From the IMG/VR virus record IMGVR_UViG_3300045988_183727: DNA of 64,000 nt; one strand, written 5' to 3'. This document shows, piece after piece, positions 1 to 8,890 of this stretch (its first letter is position 1; the number at the start of each line of letters is the position of its first letter). Under the pieces are notes generated by a model, which was not told where the DNA came from, made no database searches, and saw only the letters and a program-made list of their open reading frames with translations. The translations under genes and the position numbers were made by a program. The stretch comes from a virus.

Positions 1-3000
1 GAACCTATCAAGGCAGCACACGATTATATCTGGGACATGATTAACCAGCAGGCACAGATTCCAAGTTTCGCTGTTGGCAGACCTACTCAGACATATAACG
101 ATTTCGAGTTGGTATGGGACGGCACTTCTTGGTCGTTGACAAGAACCGACACCAACAGAGTCCTGAGAAATTTTGACGACTTCGAGTTCAGCCTGCCCGG
201 TGTGAGCACCTTCCAGAGTGGAAACAATCTTACGATTACAGCCACGCCGGAAGCCGCTAAGAGTATGTTGAACGGCATTGTATCGTACCCCACCGAGGGC
301 AATGTGATTGACCCTGATAGCGTCAACGCTTACCTTCTCGTCGCGGGTGGCAGCAAGCAGGATTGCGTTGCTCTTAACGGCACCCCCGACCCTGTTACTG
401 CCTACGTCCGCGCCAAGGTCACAAAGACTACCGGCGATTTGAACATTGCCAAGACCTCCGAGGATGGCAAGGTAGGCGGCGTGAGTTTCACGGTCACGGG
501 CCCCAACGGTTACAGCAAGACTGTGACCACTGGTGCAAACGGTAAGATTGCCATTACCGATTTGCAGCCCGGTACTTATACCGTAACGGAGAATACACCC
601 GACAATTACATCCCGACGCAGCCCCAGTCCGTAAACATCGCAATCGGCGATTTTAAGACGGTGAACTTCAGCAACGTGCTGAAGAAGGGCGCCGTAAAGG
701 TGACTAAGACCTCAGAGGATGGTCAGATTGCTGGTCACACCTTCCGGCTGTCCGGCACTTCCGCAGCAGGTACGGCTGTCAATATGACGGCTGTTACGGA
801 TGCCAACGGCGTGGCTACCTTCAATAATGTTCCTGTGGGCAACAACTATAAGCTGGAGGAAATCAACACCGCAGCGAAGTATGTTGTTCCTGCGGTGCAG
901 GCTGGCGTGGTGGTTGAGTACAACACCAGCACCCCCGCTCAGTTTGAGAACAAGCTGGCTCGCGGCAATCTGAAAATCACGAAGACCTCCGAGGATGGCT
1001 TCGTGGCAGGCATGACCTTCCGGCTGACCGGTACGTCTATCTCCGGTGCAGCAGTCAATGAAACTGCTTCTACCGACGAGAACGGTGTCGTCATGTTCAG
1101 AGAAATCCTTATCGGTAATAACTATACCGTACAGGAAATCAACACCGCCGAGCGGTACGTTGTTCCCGCTGTCCAGAGCAATGTGACCGTCACGCTCAAC
1201 AACACCACCAGCTTGAACTTCCATAATAAGCTGGCTCGCGGCGCCGTTGAGGTTAAGAAGACCTCCGAGGACGGCAAGGTCGCTGGTATCACGTTCCGCC
1301 TGTCCGGTACTGCTATCAACGGCGAGACGGTGGATATGACCGCCGTGACCAATGACGCCGGAGTTGCCACCTTCAACAACGTTCTGATTGGCAATAACTA
1401 CAGCGTTGAGGAAGTGAACACGGCTGCCAAGTATATCGTTCCCGCTGTGACAAACGGCGTGAAGGTTACTCTGGATAACACCACCCCCGTGAATGTCTAC
1501 AACAAGCTCAAGCGCGGCGACCTGCGCGTTACCAAGACCTCTGAGGACGGCATGGTCGAGGGCATCACCTTCCGGCTGCATGGCACTGCCATCTCCGGCG
1601 ATGCTGTTGACCTGACTGCTACCACCAACGCTGACGGTATTGCCATCTTCAAGGATGTCCTGATTGGCGACAACTACACGCTGGAGGAAGTCGATACGGC
1701 GGTGAAGTATGTTATTCCTGCCGTGCAGACAGGTCTCGTTGTGGAGTTCCAGAAAGTTACCGACACCGCTGTGACTAACGTACTGAAGAAGTGGAAGGTC
1801 ACTGTGGAAAAGACGGACGCCGAGACTGGCAACATCCCTCGCGGCGATGGTGTCTTTGAGGGTGCTGTGTACGGTCTCTATAAGGGTGACGAACTGGTGA
1901 AGGAGTACGTTATCGGCAGTGATGGCAAGTTCACCACTGACGAGTACATCTGCGGCTATGATTACACCATCCGTGAAATCAAGGCGCCCACTGGCTATCA
2001 GATTGATGAGGGCGTGTATCGCGTTGGCGCCGAGCCGGAGAACTACCGTATCGAACACAACGTTGCTCCCCAGATTACCTCTGTCGAGGTCATCAATCGC
2101 GGCACATTCGCCATCACCAAGTTCATCTCCGACGGAACCTCCGGTCCCGCTAAGTTCGAGGGCGGTGCAGAGTTCAAGTATTGGCTGCAGTCCGCCGGCT
2201 CTTACGAGAACGCTAAGGATGACGAGCGCGGTATCCTGACGACCAACGACTTGGGTTACAGCGGCAAGTCTATCGAGCTGCCCTACGGCACCTATGTGGT
2301 GCATCAGACCAAGGCCGGCGATAAGGGTGCGGGGCTCGCGCCTGAGTTCACCGTTCTGGTTGGCGAGGTTGACCACGACCATCACGACTTGGCTGTCAAC
2401 AACGGACCTATTACCGCGTATCTGCGCGTTGTGAAGGTCGATGAGCTTGACGGCGAGGTCATTCCTTGGGGTGGTGCAAAGTTCCAGATTTACGACCCTG
2501 ACGGGAACAAGGTGTCCCAGAAGGTCACTTACCCCACGGTAACTTATATTGATACATTCGAGACAAATGATGAGGGTTATTTTGTGACCCCGCTGGTTCT
2601 GCCTTACGGCGAGAACTATCATCTGGTCGAAATCGTACCCCCGAAGGGTTATGAGCTGATGGATACCCCGATTACCTTCAGCGTTACGCCCGATACCATT
2701 TCTTTGGATGCCGAGACCGGTCTGGTGACTGTGAATATCATCGCCGAGGACGAGGCGGTGACTCCCAAGGTCAAGACTACTGCAACCGACAAGGAAGGCA
2801 ACAAGGAAATCGTTCCGGCCACCACCGTCACTATCGTCGATAAGGTGGAATGCACCGACGTTATCCCCAACAAGACCTATACGGTCGAGGGATATCTGGT
2901 GGTTAAGTCCACCGGCGAGCCTCTGCTGGACGCCGAGGGTAATCGCATTACCGCCTCTAAGACCTTCAAGGCTGAGGCCGACTTCACTGGCTTTGTGGAG

Positions 3001-4800
3001 CTGGAGTTCACCTTTGATGCGTCTCTGCTGGGTGGCGAGTCCATCGTTGTTTTCGAGGACCTGAAGCGCGGAAACCGTGTCGTTGCTACCCATGCTGACA
3101 TCAACGATGTTGACCAGACCGTTGTAATCCTGAACCCCAAGATTGGCACCACGGCCAAGAACGCTGTTGGCGGTAAGGAGTTCATGCCTCTGGCTGATGT
3201 GATTCTGGTGGATACCATCTCCTACGAGAATATGCCCGTGGGTAAGGAGTTCATCGCTATCGGTACGCTGATGGATAAGGCCACCGGCAAGCCTGTTACC
3301 GATGCCAACGGCGACCCCGTCACCTCTTACAAGGTGTTCACTCCCGAAGCTGCCACTGGTACGGTGGATGTGAAGTTCGTCTTTGACGCTTCTAAGCTGG
3401 CCGGCAAGTCTCTGGTGGTATTCGAGCGTGTGTATCTGGGTAACGAGATTGTTCCCGGCGACTCCAATAAACCCGTGTTTGTGAGTCACGAGGATATCAA
3501 CGATGAGGGGCAGACCGTCACCATCGGCGTTCCCGAAATCGGTACAAAGGCCGTGAACAACGCCACCAACGGCAAGACCCTCGACCCCGAATCCCGCGCT
3601 GAAATCAAGGATACCGTGTCCTATAAGGGCCTGATTGCTGGAGAGAAGTACACTGTCTCCGGTAAGCTGATGAACAAGGCCACCAACGAGCCCCTGAAGG
3701 ATAAGGACGGAAAGGAAATTACCTCCTCCGTTACCTTCACCGCTGAGGCGTCCGATGGCACCGTTGACGTGTTCTTCGTGCTCGATGCATCTCTGCTGCG
3801 TGGCCAGTCTATCGTTGTATTCGAGTCCCTGCAGTACAAGGACATTGAAATCGCAGTTCATGCCGACATCAACGATGTTGACCAGACTGTGACTGTCAAC
3901 AGCCCTGAAATCAAGACCACCGCTAAGAACGCTGCTGATGGCAAGAAGGAATTCTGGGCCTACAGCAAGGTCGAGCTGGTCGATACCGTGTCCTATAAGG
4001 GCCTGATTGCCGGCAATAAGTACACCGTAATCGGTAAGCTGATGGACAAGGCGACAGGTGAGCCTGTTCTGGGCCGCAACAACAAGGAAATCACCGCCAC
4101 TACCGAGTTCGAGGCCAAATCCTCTGACGGTACTGTGGATGTGAGTTTCGTGTTCGATGCATCCATTCTGGGCGGTAAGACGCTGGTCGTGTTCGAGACC
4201 CTGACCCGCAATGGCACTACGGTCGCAACTCACGCCGACATCAACGATGTTGACCAGACTGTGACCATCAAGCGCATCCCGACCTATTCCGGTCCGAGCA
4301 TTTCCACCACCGCTACCTTCGATGGCAAGGAGAAGAAGAACTCCGTTGCTGGTAAGAACGTAAAAATCGTGGACACCGTCAACTATACCGGCCTGACTGT
4401 GGGCAAGACCTACGTACTGGTTGGTACGCTGATGGATAAGGATTCCGGTGTTGCCCTCAAGGACAATAAGGGTAATCTGGTAACTGCTACTACGACCTTT
4501 ACGCCCAAGTCCTCCAACGGTGCTGTGAATGTTACGTTCAAGTTCGACGCATCCAAGCTGAAGGACCATGCGCTCGTGGTGTTCGAGACTCTGTATGAGG
4601 GTCGTGCTGAGGCGGGTAATGTCATTGCTACCCACAACGACCTGATGGACGGTGCTCAGACGGTGTATTTCCGCGACAGTGTCCAGACTGGCGATGAGGG
4701 CATCGGCCTGTGGGCCATGCTGGGTACGTTCAGTGCCATTGCTTGCTGCGGCACTGCGGTGTTCATGTTCCGCCGCAAGAAGGAGTATGGCGCCGAGTAA
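1..4800 (+). CDS. VaFE-repeat surface-anchored adhesin with SpaA/Cna-B-type isopeptide domains; 5' end lies outside the window
   Basis: The open frame runs upstream of the ORF-track start (37) to position 1, and there is no signal peptide, so the N-terminus is outside the window. It has 5 tandem KTSEDG...TFRL-type Cna-B/SpaA-like domains, then 4 repeats with TAKN...VVFE...HADINDVDQTV motifs (the VaFE signature). The C-terminus is SVQTGDEG, a hydrophobic segment, then RRKKEYGAE, which is a sortase sorting signal. Confidence 0.8.
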   Translation, partial: EPIKAAHDYIWDMINQQAQIPSFAVGRPTQTYNDFELVWDGTSWSLTRTDTNRVLRNFDDFEFSLPGVSTFQSGNNLTITATPEAAKSMLNGIVSYPTEGNVIDPDSVNAYLLVAGGSKQDCVALNGTPDPVTAYVRAKVTKTTGDLNIAKTSEDGKVGGVSFTVTGPNGYSKTVTTGANGKIAITDLQPGTYTVTENTPDNYIPTQPQSVNIAIGDFKTVNFSNVLKKGAVKVTKTSEDGQIAGHTFRLSGTSAAGTAVNMTAVTDANGVATFNNVPVGNNYKLEEINTAAKYVVPAVQAGVVVEYNTSTPAQFENKLARGNLKITKTSEDGFVAGMTFRLTGTSISGAAVNETASTDENGVVMFREILIGNNYTVQEINTAERYVVPAVQSNVTVTLNNTTSLNFHNKLARGAVEVKKTSEDGKVAGITFRLSGTAINGETVDMTAVTNDAGVATFNNVLIGNNYSVEEVNTAAKYIVPAVTNGVKVTLDNTTPVNVYNKLKRGDLRVTKTSEDGMVEGITFRLHGTAISGDAVDLTATTNADGIAIFKDVLIGDNYTLEEVDTAVKYVIPAVQTGLVVEFQKVTDTAVTNVLKKWKVTVEKTDAETGNIPRGDGVFEGAVYGLYKGDELVKEYVIGSDGKFTTDEYICGYDYTIREIKAPTGYQIDEGVYRVGAEPENYRIEHNVAPQITSVEVINRGTFAITKFISDGTSGPAKFEGGAEFKYWLQSAGSYENAKDDERGILTTNDLGYSGKSIELPYGTYVVHQTKAGDKGAGLAPEFTVLVGEVDHDHHDLAVNNGPITAYLRVVKVDELDGEVIPWGGAKFQIYDPDGNKVSQKVTYPTVTYIDTFETNDEGYFVTPLVLPYGENYHLVEIVPPKGYELMDTPITFSVTPDTISLDAETGLVTVNIIAEDEAVTPKVKTTATDKEGNKEIVPATTVTIVDKVECTDVIPNKTYTVEGYLVVKSTGEPLLDAEGNRITASKTFKAEADFTGFVELEFTFDASLLGGESIVVFEDLKRGNRVVATHADINDVDQTVVILNPKIGTTAKNAVGGKEFMPLADVILVDTISYENMPVGKEFIAIGTLMDKATGKPVTDANGDPVTSYKVFTPEAATGTVDVKFVFDASKLAGKSLVVFERVYLGNEIVPGDSNKPVFVSHEDINDEGQTVTIGVPEIGTKAVNNATNGKTLDPESRAEIKDTVSYKGLIAGEKYTVSGKLMNKATNEPLKDKDGKEITSSVTFTAEASDGTVDVFFVLDASLLRGQSIVVFESLQYKDIEIAVHADINDVDQTVTVNSPEIKTTAKNAADGKKEFWAYSKVELVDTVSYKGLIAGNKYTVIGKLMDKATGEPVLGRNNKEITATTEFEAKSSDGTVDVSFVFDASILGGKTLVVFETLTRNGTTVATHADINDVDQTVTIKRIPTYSGPSISTTATFDGKEKKNSVAGKNVKIVDTVNYTGLTVGKTYVLVGTLMDKDSGVALKDNKGNLVTATTTFTPKSSNGAVNVTFKFDASKLKDHALVVFETLYEGRAEAGNVIATHNDLMDGAQTVYFRDSVQTGDEGIGLWAMLGTFSAIACCGTAVFMFRRKKEYGAE

Positions 4801-4837
4801 GCAGCTCACCATGTGGTGAGTAAACCCCAAAGTGAAT

Positions 4838-4877
4838 GCAGAGGGCGCAGACCTTGTGCCTGCGCCCTCTGCTTTTA
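4838..4877 (+). terminator. rho-independent terminator after the adhesin gene
   Basis: Stem gcagagggcgcag / ctgcgccctctgc followed by TTTT. Confidence 0.6.
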
Positions 4878-4926
4878 CAAATATAACAGTAGGGGAGAGC
4901 ACCTCCCCGGAAAGAGAGAAAAGGAA

Positions 4927-5235
4927 ATGAAATACTGTAATAATTGTGGCAAAGAGGTCTCTGATAACGCTGTTGTCTGTCCTTTCTGCGGCTGCGCCGT
5001 GGCGAGCAAGAATGTCGAGGTGGACAAGCCTTCTACCGGTCTGAACATCCTGTCGTTCCTCATCCCGCTGGTTGGCCTGATTCTGTACCTGTCGTGGCAG
5101 AATTCGACCCCCATTAAGGCGAAGGCGGTGGGGAAGTGGGCACTGATTGGATTCTGTGTGGCAGTCGGTCTGAGCATCCTTGGCACCATCCTTTCCGGCG
5201 CACTGATTTCCAGTGCTATCGGAGCTCTCTATTAA
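4927..5235 (+). CDS. zinc-ribbon domain membrane protein (103 aa)
   Basis: ATG at 4927 is preceded by the RBS-like ggaaagagagaaaagga. N-terminal CNNCG...CPFCG zinc ribbon followed by 2 TM helices. In-frame inside ORF 4813..5235. Confidence 0.6.
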   Translation: MKYCNNCGKEVSDNAVVCPFCGCAVASKNVEVDKPSTGLNILSFLIPLVGLILYLSWQNSTPIKAKAVGKWALIGFCVAVGLSILGTILSGALISSAIGALY

Positions 5236-5293
5236 GAGTTAAAGAGGAGAAGGGGAAACCCTCTCCTCTTTCGACTTTACAGAAAGGTGAAAA

Positions 5294-6016
5294 ATGGGAA
5301 ATAAAACAAAACAAGACAAGGCGTTGTACGACAACAATGAAAACAAGGTCGAGGATGAAACGAGTGTCCTCCTGCGTTTTTTCGTGCTGGCTGTAGTTGT
5401 TCTCGCTGGAATTTTACTTATCCTTTTGGCCGACTGCTATGGATGGTTTGATTTCTTAGAAAAGCCCATGAATGCGGCAGGTCAGTTCTTGAAGGATAAT
5501 TGGATGAAGGTATGGATAGGGCTTATAATTGTAGCACTTCTGCTTTGTTATCTTTCTTTCGAAATAGGCGGTGCAGTTTTCGCCAAGAAGCGTCGTCTTG
5601 AAATTGAGGCAAATGTAGTGGGAAGTGTTCCAATTTCACGTAAAGACTTTCTGCGTGATTGGGATTCCGCGCCCAGCCGGAGGGGGATGAATGCGTGTTC
5701 CAATGGAGCTTTGTTTGGATATAAATATGTCTTCTGTTCAGGTGTGTATGTGATTGCGGAGGTGGATGAATTGAATCGTTGTCTCAATGCGGTTTTCATT
5801 GGTTCGTCCTCCGTCGGAGCGTGCTGCTCACGGGCGTATGCTCATCTTTCGTGCAAGGCTGCAGCTTCTGTCGCTGTGTGTGACGCTGTTCGGGCAGGAT
5901 GTGAGCTTTATGTTGTGTTCGTTCCGTGTCAAGCAGAGTATGTGAACGAAGTGAAAGGCGCTGTTAAAACATATCTTGAGAGCGCTTCTGAGCTCATAAG
6001 ATTTGAAAATAGGTAG
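5294..6016 (+). CDS. hypothetical membrane protein
   Basis: ORF track. RBS aaaggtgaaaa upstream. Two predicted TM helices and a Cys-rich C-terminal half. Confidence 0.5.
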   Translation: MGNKTKQDKALYDNNENKVEDETSVLLRFFVLAVVVLAGILLILLADCYGWFDFLEKPMNAAGQFLKDNWMKVWIGLIIVALLLCYLSFEIGGAVFAKKRRLEIEANVVGSVPISRKDFLRDWDSAPSRRGMNACSNGALFGYKYVFCSGVYVIAEVDELNRCLNAVFIGSSSVGACCSRAYAHLSCKAAASVAVCDAVRAGCELYVVFVPCQAEYVNEVKGAVKTYLESASELIRFENR

Positions 6017-6125
6017 ACTCTTTATCGCGGATGACTTTTGGGATAAAAAAGTTTTCGCAAAACACGCTGGTTTTCCGACTTCTCACATGGTAGAATAATT
6101 AAAAACAAAGAAGAGGAGTTTTCAA

Positions 6126-7637
6126 ATGCCGATGGATGCCGATTACGCGCTCTTGAAAAAGTGGAGCAACTGGTTCGACCGGAAAAACGGCAGCGGTTAT
6201 GGGCCAGCAAACATATTGCAGCGGAGAACAATGAACACTGCAATCGTAACTGTGAGTACACTGCAAAATATTCCTTTTACTGAGTTATCTTCTTCGCTGT
6301 ACTTCTTTTGTAGTGATATAGATAGCAAGGAGTTCTCTCGTCTGTATGAGTCTCAGGTGGAGTTGGCCGGTGCCAACCCTGACAAGTTTATCAAGGGCCT
6401 TCACAGCTTTTTCAATTCCATGGCCAAGAGAATCAAGAACGAATCCGAATACGCCCTGTTCTTTGATTTTCTCATGGCTGCATCTCGCCTTCTTTTTACC
6501 GCAAAGGAAGAAAAACAATCTAACATCAACATTGATGTGGTGTACTGTTACTTCAGTATCCTCCTTCAGCAGACGGAATACCTGCGTCCCGATAAGTTCG
6601 ACTTAACCAAAGTCGTCTGCGGTTTGAAAACGACCGGCGAACTGTTGGTCATGGAAGATACCTACCCCTTCTTGGATAAGCCTGCTTTTGAGTTGGAGCG
6701 CCGGAATCTTGATGGAAAGGTTCGTTCCCCCATGGAGCTGGATGCTCAAATCAAGGAAATTTATAGCAAGTGGGGATATGGCTACATCCAAAATAAGGAG
6801 GATTTGGAGCGCTACACGCAGGTAGACAGGATTTTTTCCAACCAAATAGCGGGTATGGCTGCGCTCATCAATGAATACACCTTCGACATACTTCCACAGC
6901 ATTGCTTTTCTGCCATCGCAAATAAGTTCTTTTCCGTTGTTGCGCTGCCTCCGATGCTGCCTGATGAGATGCATGAGCTGCTGCGGACGAAACGAAGTTC
7001 AACGCTTCCTGCCAACGGCGCAGTGTTTGAGTTTACAAGCGACAAAGACATTATCCGGAAGGTCTTGCTCAAGGAAACTCTATACGGCGATTCCATCTAT
7101 ATGCTTTACCGTCTGGACACCTGTGAGGGAGACTTGAGCGGGTACTATGATACTAAGACAGGGTTCTTCTTTTCGGTTTTCCTCGATTCAGAGGACAGAG
7201 TCATCTACGGGAACATAAGGCGGCTCGTTTTAACTCTCTACGCCTGTGCCGTAACGCGCAAAGGCCCAAAACTGCTGTCGCAACTAAGCAGCCATGTCAA
7301 GTATCTGTCCCTCGACAATAAGGGCGTCCGGAAATTTGATGAGGTATCCATAAGCTACTACGGTCGCGGAGGACGCCTCAGGAACGCCTACGACGGCGCG
7401 GAAGCGGCAGGGAAGGATGGATACACCCGTAAGGGCGACGAAGCCTATGAGGAGGCTCCCAGAGCCATTCAGGGCTTTATCCGAAAGGTGGGCGAGGGGA
7501 GAACGCCGTCCCGTGAGGCGGTGGAGTACGCGGAGGCTCTTGGGTACTCCCTCGCGCCTGACGAAACCTATGTAAAGCCATTCATCCGTAGAGTTCTTCG
7601 CCTGAAGCAAAAGGAAGCTGAGAACACAAATGGATAA
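6126..7637 (+). CDS. hypothetical protein (503 aa)
   Basis: Long ORF with RBS gaagaggag. Followed by a bidirectional terminator. Confidence 0.6.
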   Translation: MPMDADYALLKKWSNWFDRKNGSGYGPANILQRRTMNTAIVTVSTLQNIPFTELSSSLYFFCSDIDSKEFSRLYESQVELAGANPDKFIKGLHSFFNSMAKRIKNESEYALFFDFLMAASRLLFTAKEEKQSNINIDVVYCYFSILLQQTEYLRPDKFDLTKVVCGLKTTGELLVMEDTYPFLDKPAFELERRNLDGKVRSPMELDAQIKEIYSKWGYGYIQNKEDLERYTQVDRIFSNQIAGMAALINEYTFDILPQHCFSAIANKFFSVVALPPMLPDEMHELLRTKRSSTLPANGAVFEFTSDKDIIRKVLLKETLYGDSIYMLYRLDTCEGDLSGYYDTKTGFFFSVFLDSEDRVIYGNIRRLVLTLYACAVTRKGPKLLSQLSSHVKYLSLDNKGVRKFDEVSISYYGRGGRLRNAYDGAEAAGKDGYTRKGDEAYEEAPRAIQGFIRKVGEGRTPSREAVEYAEALGYSLAPDETYVKPFIRRVLRLKQKEAENTNG

Positions 7638-7641
7638 GCGA

Positions 7642-7708
7642 AAAAGACCGGTGGTGAGCCCATCGGTCTTTTTTTTCAAAAAAGGAAGCAACCCTTGGGC
7701 TGCTTCCT
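7642..7708. terminator. bidirectional terminator pair between convergent genes
   Basis: Hairpin gaccg...cggtc followed by T8, then hairpin ggaagca...tgcttcc. Confidence 0.5.
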
Positions 7709-7766
7709 GAGAAATACTGTAAGTATCGAATATTTAATTTTGAAATGTATTTGTCTTTGCAGGTTG

Positions 7767-8333
7767 CTATGCGTCCAGCTCGTACACGATAAGCCCAATA
7801 CTATCAATAAACTGATAGTGGTTCGCATATTCACGCTGGATGAATTCCTCTCCCTTTGCCCTGCCCCACTTATTCTCATCACAGATATCCGTAATCATGT
7901 CGGACATGGATTCGTAGATACTGGCGATAGGGGTAACAATGACATTTTCGCGCCTAAACAACCACATCCGCAGCACCTCGCGGGGAGAGAAAGCCCGACA
8001 GAGACTCTGCTCTTCGGGGACAAGGTCGTGCGGCGCACGGGTGCCGTAAATTTCGTGCTGCTTCACAAGAGTCTTGAGGCGAAGCTCTGCCATGTCGAGA
8101 AGCCGCTTCGCTGTTTCGGGGTCGTCCCCTCCAAACTCCATAATGGATATCATCACATCCATAAGGGAAAGAGGGTCGTTGACTGCCATTTCTACAGACT
8201 TCCGGACAGCGTCGCTTGTGCTGCCTGTGAATTGGCAAACGTCATCAATGAGGTCGTCATTATCTTTCTTGTTCTGTTTTTCTTCGTTGCTGGTTCCGTG
8301 TTCATAGATTCTACTGTTCTGTTTTCGCTGCAT
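7767..8333 (-). CDS. hypothetical protein (188 aa)
   Basis: Minus-strand ORF in the ORF track, convergent with 6126..7637. Confidence 0.5.
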   Translation of the reverse strand: MQRKQNSRIYEHGTSNEEKQNKKDNDDLIDDVCQFTGSTSDAVRKSVEMAVNDPLSLMDVMISIMEFGGDDPETAKRLLDMAELRLKTLVKQHEIYGTRAPHDLVPEEQSLCRAFSPREVLRMWLFRRENVIVTPIASIYESMSDMITDICDENKWGRAKGEEFIQREYANHYQFIDSIGLIVYELDA

Positions 8334-8839
8334 TTCCCGTGACCTCCTTCTACGCTGCTACTTTTTCCTTTCTTCCTTTGAAAACGATGACAGTGGCGTG
8401 TTTTGTTCGCCATTCGAGATATTGCTCCCGCGTATTGGGCTGGCAAGAGTACATGGAAATAGCGCTGACAAGCCGCTGCTTCTATGCCGCAAAAGTGGAG
8501 TAAGTGCTTCCTGCGGCAGTGAAAGTCGTCTGCCAGCGCTTATGTTCCATATTCAATATCACTCTACCACGATTACATAATTTTGTCAAGTTTACGACTT
8601 GTGAAAATTGGAACAATCATGTCTTTCGTGTTGACATTATTCCTAATATAAGCCGTGTTAATTTGTGGGATGTTACAGTTTCGTGTAACATCTTTTAATC
8701 ATTTGTGAAAGGATTCTGCTCGTTTTTGTGCTAAATGTAGATATTCTTACCAAATTTTACGTTTTTAGGCGTTTTGCTTTTCTCCCTTACGGCTTGAATG
8801 ATTTTGGCGTATGAGCCACCCTTTTTACGCCCTGCGTAC

Positions 8840-8868
8840 TTGACATTATTTTATGTTCGTGCTAATAT
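8840..8868 (+). promoter_or_regulatory. sigma-A-type promoter (TTGACA, 17-nt spacer, TAATAT); member of a conserved promoter family
   Basis: cttgacattattttatgttcgtgctaatat. Near-identical promoters occur at 17260, 47962 and on the minus strand at 47771-47800. Confidence 0.5.
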
Positions 8869-8890
8869 GAAATCGAAGAAATAAGCCCTT

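Noticed and set aside
712-4902. 1396-aa antisense ORF inside the adhesin gene
   Set aside because: It overlaps the well-supported plus-strand adhesin gene across its full length. The repetitive, GC-rich third-position-biased coding sequence leaves the opposite strand free of stops, so this is a shadow ORF with no independent support. The long antisense ORFs 25181-27586 (+), 27845-29023 (+) and 18627-19592 (-) are rejected for the same reason.
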